Of a DNA stretch of 64,000 nucleotides, positions 47,954 through 58,637 are shown piece by piece (position 1 is the first letter of the stretch; each line of letters begins with the position of its first letter). This DNA comes from Candidatus Doudnabacteria bacterium (GTDB taxonomy: Bacteria; Patescibacteriota; JABMPQ01; JAGQLO01). The DNA is taken from the NCBI GenBank assembly GCA_020429185.1, contig JAGQLO010000001.1, positions 1,723 to 65,722 of the forward strand, given 5' to 3'. Under the pieces are notes generated by a model. That model did not search any database, was not told the origin of the DNA, and saw only the letters and a list, made by a program, of their open reading frames with translations. Both the position numbers and the translations under genes were made by a program.

Positions 47954-49750
47954 CTATTCTTCTCGCTTCAACACTGCCAAAAAAGCCTCCTGAGGAATCT
48001 GCACTTTTCCCGCCTGAGCCATACGCTTCTTTCCCTTCTTCTGCTTTTCCAACAACTTACGCTTTCGCGTAACGTCACCACCATATAGCTTTGCCGTCAC
48101 GTCTTTACGTAAAGCTTTGATCGTTTCTCGCGCGATCACCTTCCCACCAATAGCCGCCTGCAGAGGAACGGCAAAACTTTGCTTTGGAATCACATCTTTC
48201 AACTTGGTGACCACTCGACGACCCTCCGCATGCGCCTCGTCTCGCGGAACCAAACGTGAAAATGCAGATACACGTTCGCCCGCCACAAGAATATCGAGCT
48301 TCACCAAGTCACCATCCCGTTCTTCCTTAAACTCGTAGTTCAGCGAACCATATCCCTGCGTCACACTTTTGAGACGATCAAAGAAGTCCGTAATCAGCGA
48401 TGCTAACGGAATTTCGAAGTGCACGATCGCGCGCGTTTCATGTAGATATTCCGTATTCACATACGAACCACGATACTGATTCATGAGCTCCATCACCTGC
48501 CCCACATACTGGCTTGGCAACACCACCTCTGCCTTCATCCACGGCTCCCGAATCCAATTCACCTGCGAACGATCGGGGAGCTGCTCCGCATTATAAATAC
48601 GAAGTTCTTCACCACCCGTTAGACCAACAAGATACGACACACTTGGCGTTGTCAGAATCAATTCCAAATCAAACTCTCGATCAAGACGCTCGGTAATAAT
48701 CTCTAAGTGCAACATGCCCAAAAACCCGCAACGAAATCCACGTCCAAGAGCTGGAGAAGACTCAGGTTCGAACGAGAGAGCTGCGTCATTCAACTGCAAC
48801 TTTCCCAAAGCATCACGAAGATCAAAATATTCATCTGCATCCGTGGGATAGAGCGAAGCAAACACCATTGGTAAAACAGGTTTATACCCAGGAAGTCGCT
48901 CTACATCAGCAGAAGACGCAAGCGTATCTCCCACACGAGAATCACGCACATCCTTCAGTCCTGTAACAACATATCCCACCTCACCCGCCTTCAGCACATC
49001 ACGTTTCTCACGTTTTGGCCTGAACACACCAACTTCTAACACGTCAATCTCTTTTCTCGTCGCCAAAAAACGCGCTTCCGCTCCTCGTTTTAATTCACCA
49101 GAAAACAGTCGAATATTTGCAACTACACCCTGATAATCGTCGTATACAGAATCAAACACCAACGCTTGTGTTTCAATTGTTGTAGGAGCTACAGGCGCAG
49201 GAACACGATCAACAATCGCCTCAAGTACTTCAGGTACTCCCTCTCCTGTTTTAGCAGAAATAGCCAAAATCTCGCTTGGATCAGAACCAATTAAGTCAGT
49301 GATTTCTTTAGAGATTCGTGGTACATCGGCGCTCGGCAAGTCAATTTTATTGAGTACAGGTACAATCTCGAGTCCAGCTTCAATAGCTAAATACAAGTTT
49401 GCAAGTGTCTGTGCCTGCACGCCCTGCGTAGCATCAACAACCAACAACGCCCCTTCACACGCAGCAAGCGATCGGGACACTTCGTATCCAAAGTCAACGT
49501 GCCCAGGAGTATCGATCAAGTTCAACTGATACTCCTTCTCGTTCTGCGTGTAGCTCATGGTCACCGGCTGCATTTTGATCGTGATCCCCTTCTCACGCTC
49601 TAAGTCCATCTGGTCTAATAGCTGTGCCTGCATCTCCCGCTTTTCAACCGTTCCCGTCAATTCCAAAAGACGGTCCGCCAATGTGGACTTTCCGTGATCA
49701 ATATGGGCAATAATACAGAAATTTCGAATGTGTTCCATAGAAGATGACAC
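47954..49750 (-). CDS. lepA: Elongation factor 4
   Basis: NFCIIAHIDHGKST G-domain; LepA-specific C-terminus. Confidence 0.95.
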   Translation of the reverse strand: MSSSMEHIRNFCIIAHIDHGKSTLADRLLELTGTVEKREMQAQLLDQMDLEREKGITIKMQPVTMSYTQNEKEYQLNLIDTPGHVDFGYEVSRSLAACEGALLVVDATQGVQAQTLANLYLAIEAGLEIVPVLNKIDLPSADVPRISKEITDLIGSDPSEILAISAKTGEGVPEVLEAIVDRVPAPVAPTTIETQALVFDSVYDDYQGVVANIRLFSGELKRGAEARFLATRKEIDVLEVGVFRPKREKRDVLKAGEVGYVVTGLKDVRDSRVGDTLASSADVERLPGYKPVLPMVFASLYPTDADEYFDLRDALGKLQLNDAALSFEPESSPALGRGFRCGFLGMLHLEIITERLDREFDLELILTTPSVSYLVGLTGGEELRIYNAEQLPDRSQVNWIREPWMKAEVVLPSQYVGQVMELMNQYRGSYVNTEYLHETRAIVHFEIPLASLITDFFDRLKSVTQGYGSLNYEFKEERDGDLVKLDILVAGERVSAFSRLVPRDEAHAEGRRVVTKLKDVIPKQSFAVPLQAAIGGKVIARETIKALRKDVTAKLYGGDVTRKRKLLEKQKKGKKRMAQAGKVQIPQEAFLAVLKREE

Positions 49751-49822
49751 GAGCAGTGTTACTGATTTTTAGAAGTTCAGCAAGAGGTCTATACTTCCGG
49801 CACCACTATTCATACGTACTCT

Positions 49823-50746
49823 ATGAAACGAAGCAAGATATTACTCACCGGAATCCCGATAGCAGCGGCCTTGCTATTCTGCTTCAACTGGAGCGTGTCC
49901 GCAGAAGCGACTTCGGATTTTGCCGTACAACACGCAGGAAAAATCTTCCTACAAGTAGAAGACAATGGGGAAGCCTGGTACGTCAATCCAGATGACTATC
50001 TCCGCTACTATCTCTCTCGCCGCGAGGACGCATTCGCAATCATGCGTGACCTCGGAACGGGAATCACAAACGCAAATCTGGAACGCATTCCCGGAGAAGG
50101 CAGTCCCGTCCTTGAAGAAAATGCAGCATTCGTAGAAAGCGTAAAAGGAAAAATACTTCTTCAGGTAGAAGCCAATGGAGAGGCCTGGTACGTCGACCCT
50201 TCAAACGGTCAACGCTACTACCTCGGACGACCAGATGACGCCTTCCGCATCATGCGAGAACGCGGTGTTGGGGCCACAACAGCAAACATCAAACTTATTC
50301 AGCCAGACGTCACCCTTGAAAGTCACAACCGAGACGGTGTAGGAGGGACCCAAAGCATCAACACGTACACAATTGTAAACCACGGCTCTCTCAACCACAG
50401 CGGAGAAGACTTTACACTCCGAGACTCAGACGGCGACAGCTTCGAACTCAACGCAAACATGCCAGCTGCGGGAAGTACTCTCACCGTCATTCAAGTTGGA
50501 ACAGATGCATCACTCGATGATGAAGTGATCGCTTACAACGAATTGAGCAGTGAAGGTATCATTGTCTGGAGAAATGATCCTTACATCATCAATGCTCCCG
50601 GCGACGTGCTATTTCACGGAGGTCTACGAGGACCAAATGACACAATATACGAATGGGCAACTCCCTACTTCCGTAAAGTATGTGGAGATGAAACGTTCCT
50701 AGAGGGAACAAGTGGTGGCGGAACCTGCGCACGCTACTTTCTCTAA
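49823..50746 (+). CDS. Secreted protein with two copies of the NGEAWYV 55-aa repeat plus a C-terminal lamin-tail-like beta domain
   Basis: Signal peptide, then two repeats nearly identical in pattern to those in the 29457..30791 phosphoesterase. The C-terminal about 150 aa look LTD-like (TIVNHG...FTLRDSDGDSFEL...AGSTLTVIQVG). Confidence 0.5.
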   Translation: MKRSKILLTGIPIAAALLFCFNWSVSAEATSDFAVQHAGKIFLQVEDNGEAWYVNPDDYLRYYLSRREDAFAIMRDLGTGITNANLERIPGEGSPVLEENAAFVESVKGKILLQVEANGEAWYVDPSNGQRYYLGRPDDAFRIMRERGVGATTANIKLIQPDVTLESHNRDGVGGTQSINTYTIVNHGSLNHSGEDFTLRDSDGDSFELNANMPAAGSTLTVIQVGTDASLDDEVIAYNELSSEGIIVWRNDPYIINAPGDVLFHGGLRGPNDTIYEWATPYFRKVCGDETFLEGTSGGGTCARYFL

Positions 50747-50758
50747 CATTCCTCGAAG

Positions 50759-50793
50759 AAACAAACACACCCCCATCTGGGGTGTGTTTGTTT
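50759..50793. terminator. Bidirectional terminator hairpin (15-bp stem) between the convergent 49823..50746 gene and murJ
   Basis: AAACAAACACACCCC-atct-GGGGTGTGTTTGTTT. Confidence 0.5.
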
Positions 50794-50811
50794 CCAGTAA
50801 CTCAATACACG

Positions 50812-52401
50812 TTACGAACGCTTGAATCGAAACCGTGCACGAGCCGCCGCAAACATTCCAGAAAGCTCTTCAAGCTTAAAGAGTCGATTGATCGACAAAT
50901 AGACAAGAGCTCCCACACCAAGTGCGGCAAACGCCTGAAGTGCCAACCCAAGATAGCGCGTTGTATCAAGAAGTGGATCTGTGAGTCGAATCGCACCAAA
51001 CCCAGCAATTCCTGCTACAACCGTTGCGGCAACAATGATCAATGTATTACGAAGAAGTCGCGCGTCATCTAAATCACCAACTCGTACACGTAGCCAAACA
51101 AGTAACACAACGAGATTCACAAGAGTGCCAAGCGTAAACGCCAGTGCAAGACCAACCACACCAAGCACAGGGGCAAACACAAACGACAATCCAATATTCA
51201 ACACAAGCGAAAGAATAGAAACCATCACAGGTGTACGAGTATCTTGGAGTGCGTAAAACGTGCGCGCCAATAGCGGCACCAGACCTTGCGCAAAAAGCGA
51301 TAACCCCAAGAATCCTAAGGCAGAAGCAGTTGCAAGTGTTGCCGGCCAGTCAAAGGCTCCCGTTCCCAATACCAAGCGCACAAGATGCTCCCGAAGTAAC
51401 AACAGGAAGGCAGAGGCAGGGAGCAACCAAAACAAAATCTGTGTAAACGCGTGAGAGAAAGCGCTCCGAAATTTTGACTCTTGATTCTTCGAAGCCGCTT
51501 CCGCAAGAAGCGGAAAGGCAGACACCGCAAAGGAGAATCCAAATACACCAAGAGGAAACGACTGAAGATCTGTCGCGTACTGAAACTGTGAAAGAGATCC
51601 TTCCTCCATGCGCGTTGCTAAAAACGCGACGATCAGCAGGTTGATCTGGGTCATGGCCATACCGATTGTACGCGGCAACAACAGCGTGAAAATCTTCTTC
51701 ACGCCCTCGTGAAAGAACTGAAAGGCCGGCATGAATGAGAACCCAAGTCGCCGCGCCGTAGGAACCTGTGTCAGCAAATGCAGGAACGATCCGAAGGCCA
51801 CTCCCCACGCAGCTCCTTCAATTCCCAATGTGGGAGTAAGGAACACAAGACCAGCAATAATACCTACGTTGTACATCACCGGAGCTGCCGCCGTTGCGAC
51901 AAACCGGCGAAAACTATTCAAGATTCCAGTCAAGACGTTTGAAAGACCAAAAAACAGTGGAGACAGCAGCATAATACGAATCAACCGAACCAAAAGTTCA
52001 CGTTGCTCCCCAACCCAATCAGCAGCCACAAGATACGAAAGAGGCTCTGCGAACAGAAACAACACAACCGTCAGAACCGCTAGCACAAAGAACATCACCG
52101 TAAACAACGAACGAGCCACCATGAACGCCTCGTCTCGTTTTTTCTTCGCCAGATATTCAGCAAACACCGGAATAAACGCGGACGAAAGCGCGCCTAACAC
52201 CAGCAAGTTAAACAAGAAGTCCGGCAGCCGAAATGCAGCGAAATACGCATCGGAAGCAAACCCCGTACCAAACTCACCCGAAAGCAAACGATTACGTACA
52301 AGACCCAGCAACCGTGAGGCCACAGAAGAGACTCCAAGAATAACCGCTCCTGTTAGAAACGTTGCCTTTTTCGAATCGACAAAAAAGCTCTTAAGTGACA
52401 T
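50812..52401 (-). CDS. murJ: Lipid II flippase MurJ
   Basis: MurJ/MviN 14-TM protein with the N-terminal RLLGLVRNRLLSGEFG region. Confidence 0.85.
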   Translation of the reverse strand: MSLKSFFVDSKKATFLTGAVILGVSSVASRLLGLVRNRLLSGEFGTGFASDAYFAAFRLPDFLFNLLVLGALSSAFIPVFAEYLAKKKRDEAFMVARSLFTVMFFVLAVLTVVLFLFAEPLSYLVAADWVGEQRELLVRLIRIMLLSPLFFGLSNVLTGILNSFRRFVATAAAPVMYNVGIIAGLVFLTPTLGIEGAAWGVAFGSFLHLLTQVPTARRLGFSFMPAFQFFHEGVKKIFTLLLPRTIGMAMTQINLLIVAFLATRMEEGSLSQFQYATDLQSFPLGVFGFSFAVSAFPLLAEAASKNQESKFRSAFSHAFTQILFWLLPASAFLLLLREHLVRLVLGTGAFDWPATLATASALGFLGLSLFAQGLVPLLARTFYALQDTRTPVMVSILSLVLNIGLSFVFAPVLGVVGLALAFTLGTLVNLVVLLVWLRVRVGDLDDARLLRNTLIIVAATVVAGIAGFGAIRLTDPLLDTTRYLGLALQAFAALGVGALVYLSINRLFKLEELSGMFAAARARFRFKRS

Positions 52402-52404
52402 AGA

Positions 52405-54468
52405 CTATTGCAACACGATCATATACGTCTTGTCGGTTTCCCAGTCAAACGTATACGTTCGGGAATGCTCAAATCCGACAAGCTCACCATCTGTGACATA
52501 TTGCCAAATAGCCGTTCGAGCGGTTGGATATCTCACACGACTTTCAACGCTGACGTTACGAGCGGCCGGCTGTCGCTGAAAGTACATGCCATACGTATCT
52601 GTAGGTCCGTCCACTCCTGGCTGAACCGTAAAGGGAAGACGATAACGCAACGTAACTGTCTTACTTTGACCCGCTTCGAGACCCATCCAGTTTCCAAACG
52701 TAGTACGACCTGTCTCCTGCTGTACACGTGTCTTCGTTGGCTCATGAATCAGGGTTGTTGATTCGATTGACTCGATCACCTCATCTGGTTTCGAATCGTG
52801 ATTTGGTGGGTAGATCGCATTCCAAAACTCCGGATCAAATCCTTCTGCATCGAGAAGTTCAGAACCGAACGGAACGTACGTCCGAAGATACGAGACATTT
52901 TTCACTCCTTCCCAAAAATCTTTTGGATCGCCCGTGTGAGTTCGTGTAATGGTAACGGTGTCAATTACACTCCCATCTTGCTGAATTTCAGCATCGTGCG
53001 TCACGTGCGTTTCGATCGCCCCATCCGTTTTTCCACCGCCCACGTTTGCCGCTACAACCGCCAAATAATCGCGCCGCGTCTCTGGAATACCTCCGTCATA
53101 CCCAAGCTCTTCAACAACACGCTGCAACTCTGCGTCATGGAACCAAACCATCACATCTTTCTCTTTCAATGAACTTGCCATCAAGTCAGCAAGTGCGGGC
53201 CAATCTGTTTTCTCAGAAGTAAACGCTGTGTTCAATATCGCCGGAATCATGTCTCCCACAAATTCCTTTGGGCGATTCTTCTCTTTATCATAATCAATTT
53301 CAACCTCTCGCTGCGTTTCTTTGTAGAACGTATCGCTCGACACGGTCGTATCGTATCCTTCGATCTGAACAGGTCCTGTAATTTCCAACAGGCCCTCCAT
53401 AATCGAGGCATTCAGCGCAATCACACCATCAACAGTAGGCGCGCCAGACTTGTCGAGGTACCGCGCCACTTGCTCTGCAGAAGTGGGAAAATCAAGGAAC
53501 CAATTCATATCTCGTGCATAGGCGCGAGCCTCGATAAGACGCATTGGTTCAGGAGCTGTTCGTACATCCGTAAGCTGGCCATCGTACCGATACGGCCCTT
53601 CAACCAATATCTGCTGAATACGCCCCTCATCAATCGTCAACAATCCAATCGTTCCAATAAATCCCCCCGTCGGACGCAACTCATGGTCATTTTGAAACAT
53701 CACCAGATACGAACGACGCTGATCGTGCCCCAAGAACGTCAACAAGAAATCCGCCTGAGTAACAGCCGTATCTACCAGTGCAGTAACAGCAGGCAATGTC
53801 TCTTTTAGCACACGAGCATCTTCCTGAATGTCTTCTGGAAGATCTTCGATATCTACTCGCTCCATGTTTGTAGAAGCCTCGGCCAATTTTGCCTGAGCAA
53901 AACGAAGGTTCTGTGCAGCAATCGCAACACTCTCCGTAAAAGCAACGCCCTCTTCACGCTCTGTTTCAACGCCCGTCTTGAGTGGCTCGAGCACATCTGG
54001 CGCCGATTGAAATGGCTCCAGTGCACGAGACAGATACTTCCCCGCAATCGCAAGATTCCCCCCGGCCTCGAGTAACTGCGCCTGGGAAGTCACCGATGTC
54101 TGAACAGGGAGAACGGCAAGGAGTGAATCAACTCCCCGACTTAAGCTCCCAACCGCTTGATCCGCCGCAATAAACCGCTCTGCAGCTGCATTGAACTTGT
54201 ACGTTGCCTGATCAAAGTCTTGTTCTTGAAGCGACTCAGCTGCCTCGGCAACATACGACACCGCAACATTTCCATCCGCAAGAACCGTGTTTTTTGTATC
54301 AATCGCCGTTTGAGAAAATCCGGCAATCGCCATCACAAGCGCTAACGCTCCCACCGTCCACACACCCATTCCAAGAGGCGAAAAACCAACCTGGCGTATC
54401 CAGGCAATTGCAGCGCGTATTCGCGAAGAAGCAGAACCTCCTCGCCCTCGTGATGGACGTATATCCAC
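52405..54468 (-). CDS. DUF4012-domain protein (N-terminal TM, large extracytoplasmic domain)
   Basis: The motif YLVMFQNDHELRPTGGFIGT is characteristic of DUF4012. Confidence 0.6.
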   Translation of the reverse strand: MDIRPSRGRGGSASSRIRAAIAWIRQVGFSPLGMGVWTVGALALVMAIAGFSQTAIDTKNTVLADGNVAVSYVAEAAESLQEQDFDQATYKFNAAAERFIAADQAVGSLSRGVDSLLAVLPVQTSVTSQAQLLEAGGNLAIAGKYLSRALEPFQSAPDVLEPLKTGVETEREEGVAFTESVAIAAQNLRFAQAKLAEASTNMERVDIEDLPEDIQEDARVLKETLPAVTALVDTAVTQADFLLTFLGHDQRRSYLVMFQNDHELRPTGGFIGTIGLLTIDEGRIQQILVEGPYRYDGQLTDVRTAPEPMRLIEARAYARDMNWFLDFPTSAEQVARYLDKSGAPTVDGVIALNASIMEGLLEITGPVQIEGYDTTVSSDTFYKETQREVEIDYDKEKNRPKEFVGDMIPAILNTAFTSEKTDWPALADLMASSLKEKDVMVWFHDAELQRVVEELGYDGGIPETRRDYLAVVAANVGGGKTDGAIETHVTHDAEIQQDGSVIDTVTITRTHTGDPKDFWEGVKNVSYLRTYVPFGSELLDAEGFDPEFWNAIYPPNHDSKPDEVIESIESTTLIHEPTKTRVQQETGRTTFGNWMGLEAGQSKTVTLRYRLPFTVQPGVDGPTDTYGMYFQRQPAARNVSVESRVRYPTARTAIWQYVTDGELVGFEHSRTYTFDWETDKTYMIVLQ

Positions 54469-54507
54469 GTGAACAGTCTAGCAATCTCCAATACGAGAAG
54501 AAACCGG

Positions 54508-55635
54508 CTACGTGAGGCAATCCGTGTACACAGAACGTGTCTGCTCCGCCATCTTGCGCCACGAATAGCGCTTCAAACGCTCCACTCCTTTCACTCGCAA
54601 TGCCGCACGCTGTTCCTCAGAACTCAACAATTGATTCACCGTATCCGCAAACGCCTTCGGATCATGCGGATCAAAGAACGCAGCCGCATCACCCAACACT
54701 TCTGGAAGGCAGCTTGCACTCGCCGCCGCCACTGGAAGACCAGAAGCCATCGCCTCAAGCGCAGGAATACCAAATCCCTCCGAAAGAGACGGGAACACAT
54801 ACAACGTGGCAGAAGCGTAGAGCACAGCGAGGTCTTCATCGGGCACATACCCAGGTAGCACCACACGATTCTCCAACCCGCGTTCTTTCACGTTTTGAGA
54901 CAGACGATCATAAAACGTCGAGCGCGCACAGGGATTTACAAACACATATTCAGATGGAAGCTGTGGCAATGCATCAAGAATCAAATCAAGATTCTTGTAC
55001 GGATAGGAATTCCCAACGTACAACAAGAACGGCCGATCAATACCGTACTTCTCTAACACACGCTGACGCTCTTCTTCTGAAACCTCTCGCGTAAGTTGTG
55101 ACGCATCAACTCCTTCATAGGTCACAATCACATTGTCAGGATCCATATCGAAGGCATCAATCACCTTTTGCCGCACAAATTTCGTTGGCACTAACACACG
55201 ACACGCATTCATCGCGGCATAACGCACCAAGAGCTCGTACGCCATGTGTTTTGTTTTATAGACCAACGCAGAACGTGTAGAGGCGCTTCGGTCTGCATGG
55301 TCTGACTTGATCAGATCATGAATCGTCACCACAAATCGACGCCCAGAAAGAGGTGTGACATTGAAATGTCCAAAATGCATGAGATCAATCTTGTTCTGCG
55401 CGATAAGGCGAGGCATAAGCAACTGCTCCTTCACCGTGTACCATCGCGCATCTGCAATAGCCTTGGAAAACAAGGGATTGCGTACCGTAAACAGGGACTC
55501 GTTCTCAGGCCGCAAAAAGACTACTACCTCATGCTCCTGTTCCAAGTCTTGAAGATGGTGAAGCAGTCGCTCAATGTAACGACCAAGCCCAGTCCCCTCC
55601 GGTCCTAAAAACCGTGCATCAATGCCAATTTTCAT
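54508..55635 (-). CDS. Glycosyltransferase family 4 (GT-B)
   Basis: [18 protein letters not shown]-x7-E motif. Confidence 0.8.
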   Translation of the reverse strand: MKIGIDARFLGPEGTGLGRYIERLLHHLQDLEQEHEVVVFLRPENESLFTVRNPLFSKAIADARWYTVKEQLLMPRLIAQNKIDLMHFGHFNVTPLSGRRFVVTIHDLIKSDHADRSASTRSALVYKTKHMAYELLVRYAAMNACRVLVPTKFVRQKVIDAFDMDPDNVIVTYEGVDASQLTREVSEEERQRVLEKYGIDRPFLLYVGNSYPYKNLDLILDALPQLPSEYVFVNPCARSTFYDRLSQNVKERGLENRVVLPGYVPDEDLAVLYASATLYVFPSLSEGFGIPALEAMASGLPVAAASASCLPEVLGDAAAFFDPHDPKAFADTVNQLLSSEEQRAALRVKGVERLKRYSWRKMAEQTRSVYTDCLT

Positions 55636-56792
55636 ACGCGTTCAGTAAGTGTCATTTCGGAAAACGCTTGAAGCGCACGTCGCGCAGACGCCTTCCAAGA
55701 AAACTGATTCAATCGTTCTTCACCCCGTCGTACAAACTCTTCCCGTAACAGCGGATCATGTAATAACTGCGACAACCCAAACGTGAGTTCACCCACATCA
55801 TACGGATTCACAAGTAACCCTGCATCTCCCACCGTCTCAGCAACGGCAGCCGTCGACGAAGCCAAGACCGGAGTTCGCGCTTGAAATGCCTCTAGTGGAG
55901 GAAGTCCAAATCCTTCATACAACGAAGGAAATGCAACAAGCGTGGCACGCGTTAACAACCATGTTTTTTCCGCTTCAGAGACATACCCGGTCACACACAC
56001 ACGATCTGCCACTGGCGAACGTCGCAATGCTTCTCGCAGCTCCGAAGACTTCCATCCCCATCCTCCAGCAAGGACAAGCTTATGCGGAATCGCCTCTCGC
56101 TCAACTAAACGCTCATACGCCTGCAACAACGCAAGAAGGTTTTTTCGGGGTTCAATCGTAGAAACAGAAAGCAAGAATGGCTCAGAGGCATCCCATTTCC
56201 ATTCAGAGGGCTGCTCTTCTGTAGCTGCTAATGTCGGAACACCGTGCGGGACAACCGCGATACGTTCTTCTGGAATCTCAAGTGTTGTGATCAAATCACG
56301 CTTGGTTGTTTCTGAAACAGCAAGCAACACATCAGCTCGCTTCATAAGCTCAACGGCGCGCACTGCCTTATGCCACAACTGCCGACGAAGAGAATACGTT
56401 TCCGGCAACAACACAAACGAAAGATCATGCACCGTAAGTGCGAACTTCGTCTGCTTCGACACATTCAAAAACAAGACATTTGGACTCCACACCACATCAA
56501 CGCCATCCAACAACGTGTCTAAATAGGGACGACCCAACGCAAACACACCCGCATTCAACAAACGATTTGGAACGCGAGGATTCACCACCTCTACATTCTG
56601 TTTCTGTCGCCACGCTTCTGGAAGCGGTTCAGACACGCCCGCCGCGTTTGCAAACAATCGAAAGGAAGTCGTCCGCTCATCCGCTTCTTGTATCAGAGCG
56701 TCCAGCAACGCACGCGTAGACAACCCGACACCAGACGGAGCTGGTGTCAGAAGATGCCGAACATCAATACCAATGGTTCGTGAAGGCGCCAT
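55632..56792 (-). CDS. Glycosyltransferase family 4 (GT-B)
   Basis: EGFGLPPLEAFQARTPV motif. Confidence 0.8.
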   Translation of the reverse strand: MAPSRTIGIDVRHLLTPAPSGVGLSTRALLDALIQEADERTTSFRLFANAAGVSEPLPEAWRQKQNVEVVNPRVPNRLLNAGVFALGRPYLDTLLDGVDVVWSPNVLFLNVSKQTKFALTVHDLSFVLLPETYSLRRQLWHKAVRAVELMKRADVLLAVSETTKRDLITTLEIPEERIAVVPHGVPTLAATEEQPSEWKWDASEPFLLSVSTIEPRKNLLALLQAYERLVEREAIPHKLVLAGGWGWKSSELREALRRSPVADRVCVTGYVSEAEKTWLLTRATLVAFPSLYEGFGLPPLEAFQARTPVLASSTAAVAETVGDAGLLVNPYDVGELTFGLSQLLHDPLLREEFVRRGEERLNQFSWKASARRALQAFSEMTLTERV

Positions 56793-56803
56793 GCGCCCAA
56801 CTA

Positions 56804-57460
56804 TTAGGACCGCGTTTTTGCCAGAGTCCGACCGGAACGCATTGCAGCTTCCAATACGACAACTGCAAGCCCAAGCAAAAGACCTGCAACAAATCCGGCA
56901 CCCAACACAACACCCTGAGAATATGTTCGCTCGTATGAGAAGGTTGTTCCAGGAACCGCCTCGAATGCAGGCTGACCTTCTACTGTTTCACCTTCTCGCG
57001 GCTCTGCAAGCTCCATCGCAGCAACACGTTCAGCAAGCTCAGCTGTTGCAGCTTCCAACGCCGCACGCGCAGTTGCTTCATCACGATCAACCGCCCGAAC
57101 ACGCAACAAGTGTGGAGCAAGCTGCTTCACCTTAAATGATCGAGCAAAATCAATCGCGCCAGCCTCGGAAACATCGCGACCAGCACGTTCTGCTACTTCC
57201 AATGCGAAGTCACCTGTTTCAAACAAGCGCGAAGAACTGTTCACAACAATTTCCGTAGCCTGTGCAGCGTAAAAGTTGTCGTACTGAAAATCTGAACTTT
57301 CGGCACGATTCACACGTGTCACCGTCACCGTTGTTTCCGCAATGTAGTTTACCGGACGCAACTGCTGTACCACCAAGGCAATCAACGCAACCGCAATACC
57401 CAACACAAGGATCAGCCACCAACGACGCGCAAGAAGGGAAAGTGTGTCTACAAGTTGCAT
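56804..57460 (-). CDS. Wzz/CapA-like polysaccharide chain-length determinant (short form)
   Basis: N- and C-terminal TM helices flank an about 150-aa coiled, A/E-rich periplasmic segment. It is embedded among GT genes. Confidence 0.5.
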   Translation of the reverse strand: MQLVDTLSLLARRWWLILVLGIAVALIALVVQQLRPVNYIAETTVTVTRVNRAESSDFQYDNFYAAQATEIVVNSSSRLFETGDFALEVAERAGRDVSEAGAIDFARSFKVKQLAPHLLRVRAVDRDEATARAALEAATAELAERVAAMELAEPREGETVEGQPAFEAVPGTTFSYERTYSQGVVLGAGFVAGLLLGLAVVVLEAAMRSGRTLAKTRS

Positions 57461-57469
57461 AGAAAGTCG

Positions 57470-58612
57470 TTAGATAAACGAGACGTCAGAGAGATGCTTC
57501 GAGCGGAATTCAGAAAACTCACGTTCAATGTATTCCTGAATATTCTTCGTAAAGATCTCCGTTGAGAACTTTTCTGCATGTGCTCGAATCACAGCAGGAT
57601 CAAATGCTGTGTAATCAAAGTCTCGCACAACATCCACTAAGTCCCAAGGCGTCTGATCATCGAACAGAATACCCGTCTGACCATCGACAACTGTTTCGCG
57701 CGCACCACCCTTTCCATACGCAATCACAGGGCGACCAGCAGCCATTGCCTCAAGCGCTGCAATACCAAAGTCTTCCTCTTGCGGATGAATAAATGCCTTA
57801 CAGTGAGACAGCAGCTCGTTGCGCTCTTCGTTATTGACTGGACCCAAGAACTCAATATTCTTACCCGCCATCGCTTTCAATTTTTCGTATTCCTCTCCCA
57901 TTCCCACAATCTTCAATGGCAAACTCAATGAATTGAATGCCTTGATTGCAAGGTCAACACGCTTGTACGGTCGCAAACGGGAAACAAGCAAATAGTAATC
58001 ACTCACCTCCTCTACCGGAACGGGCTTCAATCCAGAAATATCAACAGGCGGGAAAATGACTTCACTTTCTGCACGATAAAACTTCTCAATACGCCTCTGA
58101 ACAGTTTCGGAATTTGCGATAAATCGATCTACACGATCTGCCGCAAGTCGATCCCATACGCGCAAACGATTCAAAATGATCGGCAGCAACTGCTTCACCA
58201 CCGTTGGCTGACGCAAATCTTCTGTGTAGCTATGCGTATCACTCCACAAGTAGCGTGTTGGTGAGTGACAGTAACAGATATGCAACGTGTCGGGATTCGT
58301 CACGACACCCTTTGCAAACGCAGAGCTGTCGGAAATCACGAGGTCATACTCAGACAAGTCCAAACGCTCAATCGCTGCAGGCATCAAGTTGAGATACCAC
58401 TTATAGCGCTTAGGACCACCGGGAAGTCGTTCAATAAACGACTGTCGAATGTCCCAGTCTTTGTAAAGCCCGCCCGTTCCTTCCTCATCATGTACAAGCG
58501 TGTAGATAGGAGCAGATGGAAAGAGATCATGAAACACTTCCAACACACGCTCCGCACCACCCACCTGCGTAAGAAAATCGTGAACGAGGGCAACTTTGAC
58601 TTGTCTTGGCAT
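57470..58612 (-). CDS. Glycosyltransferase family 4 (GT-B)
   Basis: EDFGIAALEAMAAGRPVIA motif. Confidence 0.8.
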   Translation of the reverse strand: MPRQVKVALVHDFLTQVGGAERVLEVFHDLFPSAPIYTLVHDEEGTGGLYKDWDIRQSFIERLPGGPKRYKWYLNLMPAAIERLDLSEYDLVISDSSAFAKGVVTNPDTLHICYCHSPTRYLWSDTHSYTEDLRQPTVVKQLLPIILNRLRVWDRLAADRVDRFIANSETVQRRIEKFYRAESEVIFPPVDISGLKPVPVEEVSDYYLLVSRLRPYKRVDLAIKAFNSLSLPLKIVGMGEEYEKLKAMAGKNIEFLGPVNNEERNELLSHCKAFIHPQEEDFGIAALEAMAAGRPVIAYGKGGARETVVDGQTGILFDDQTPWDLVDVVRDFDYTAFDPAVIRAHAEKFSTEIFTKNIQEYIEREFSEFRSKHLSDVSFI

Positions 58613-58637
58613 AGCAATCGTTTTCTAGCAGAGCTGA

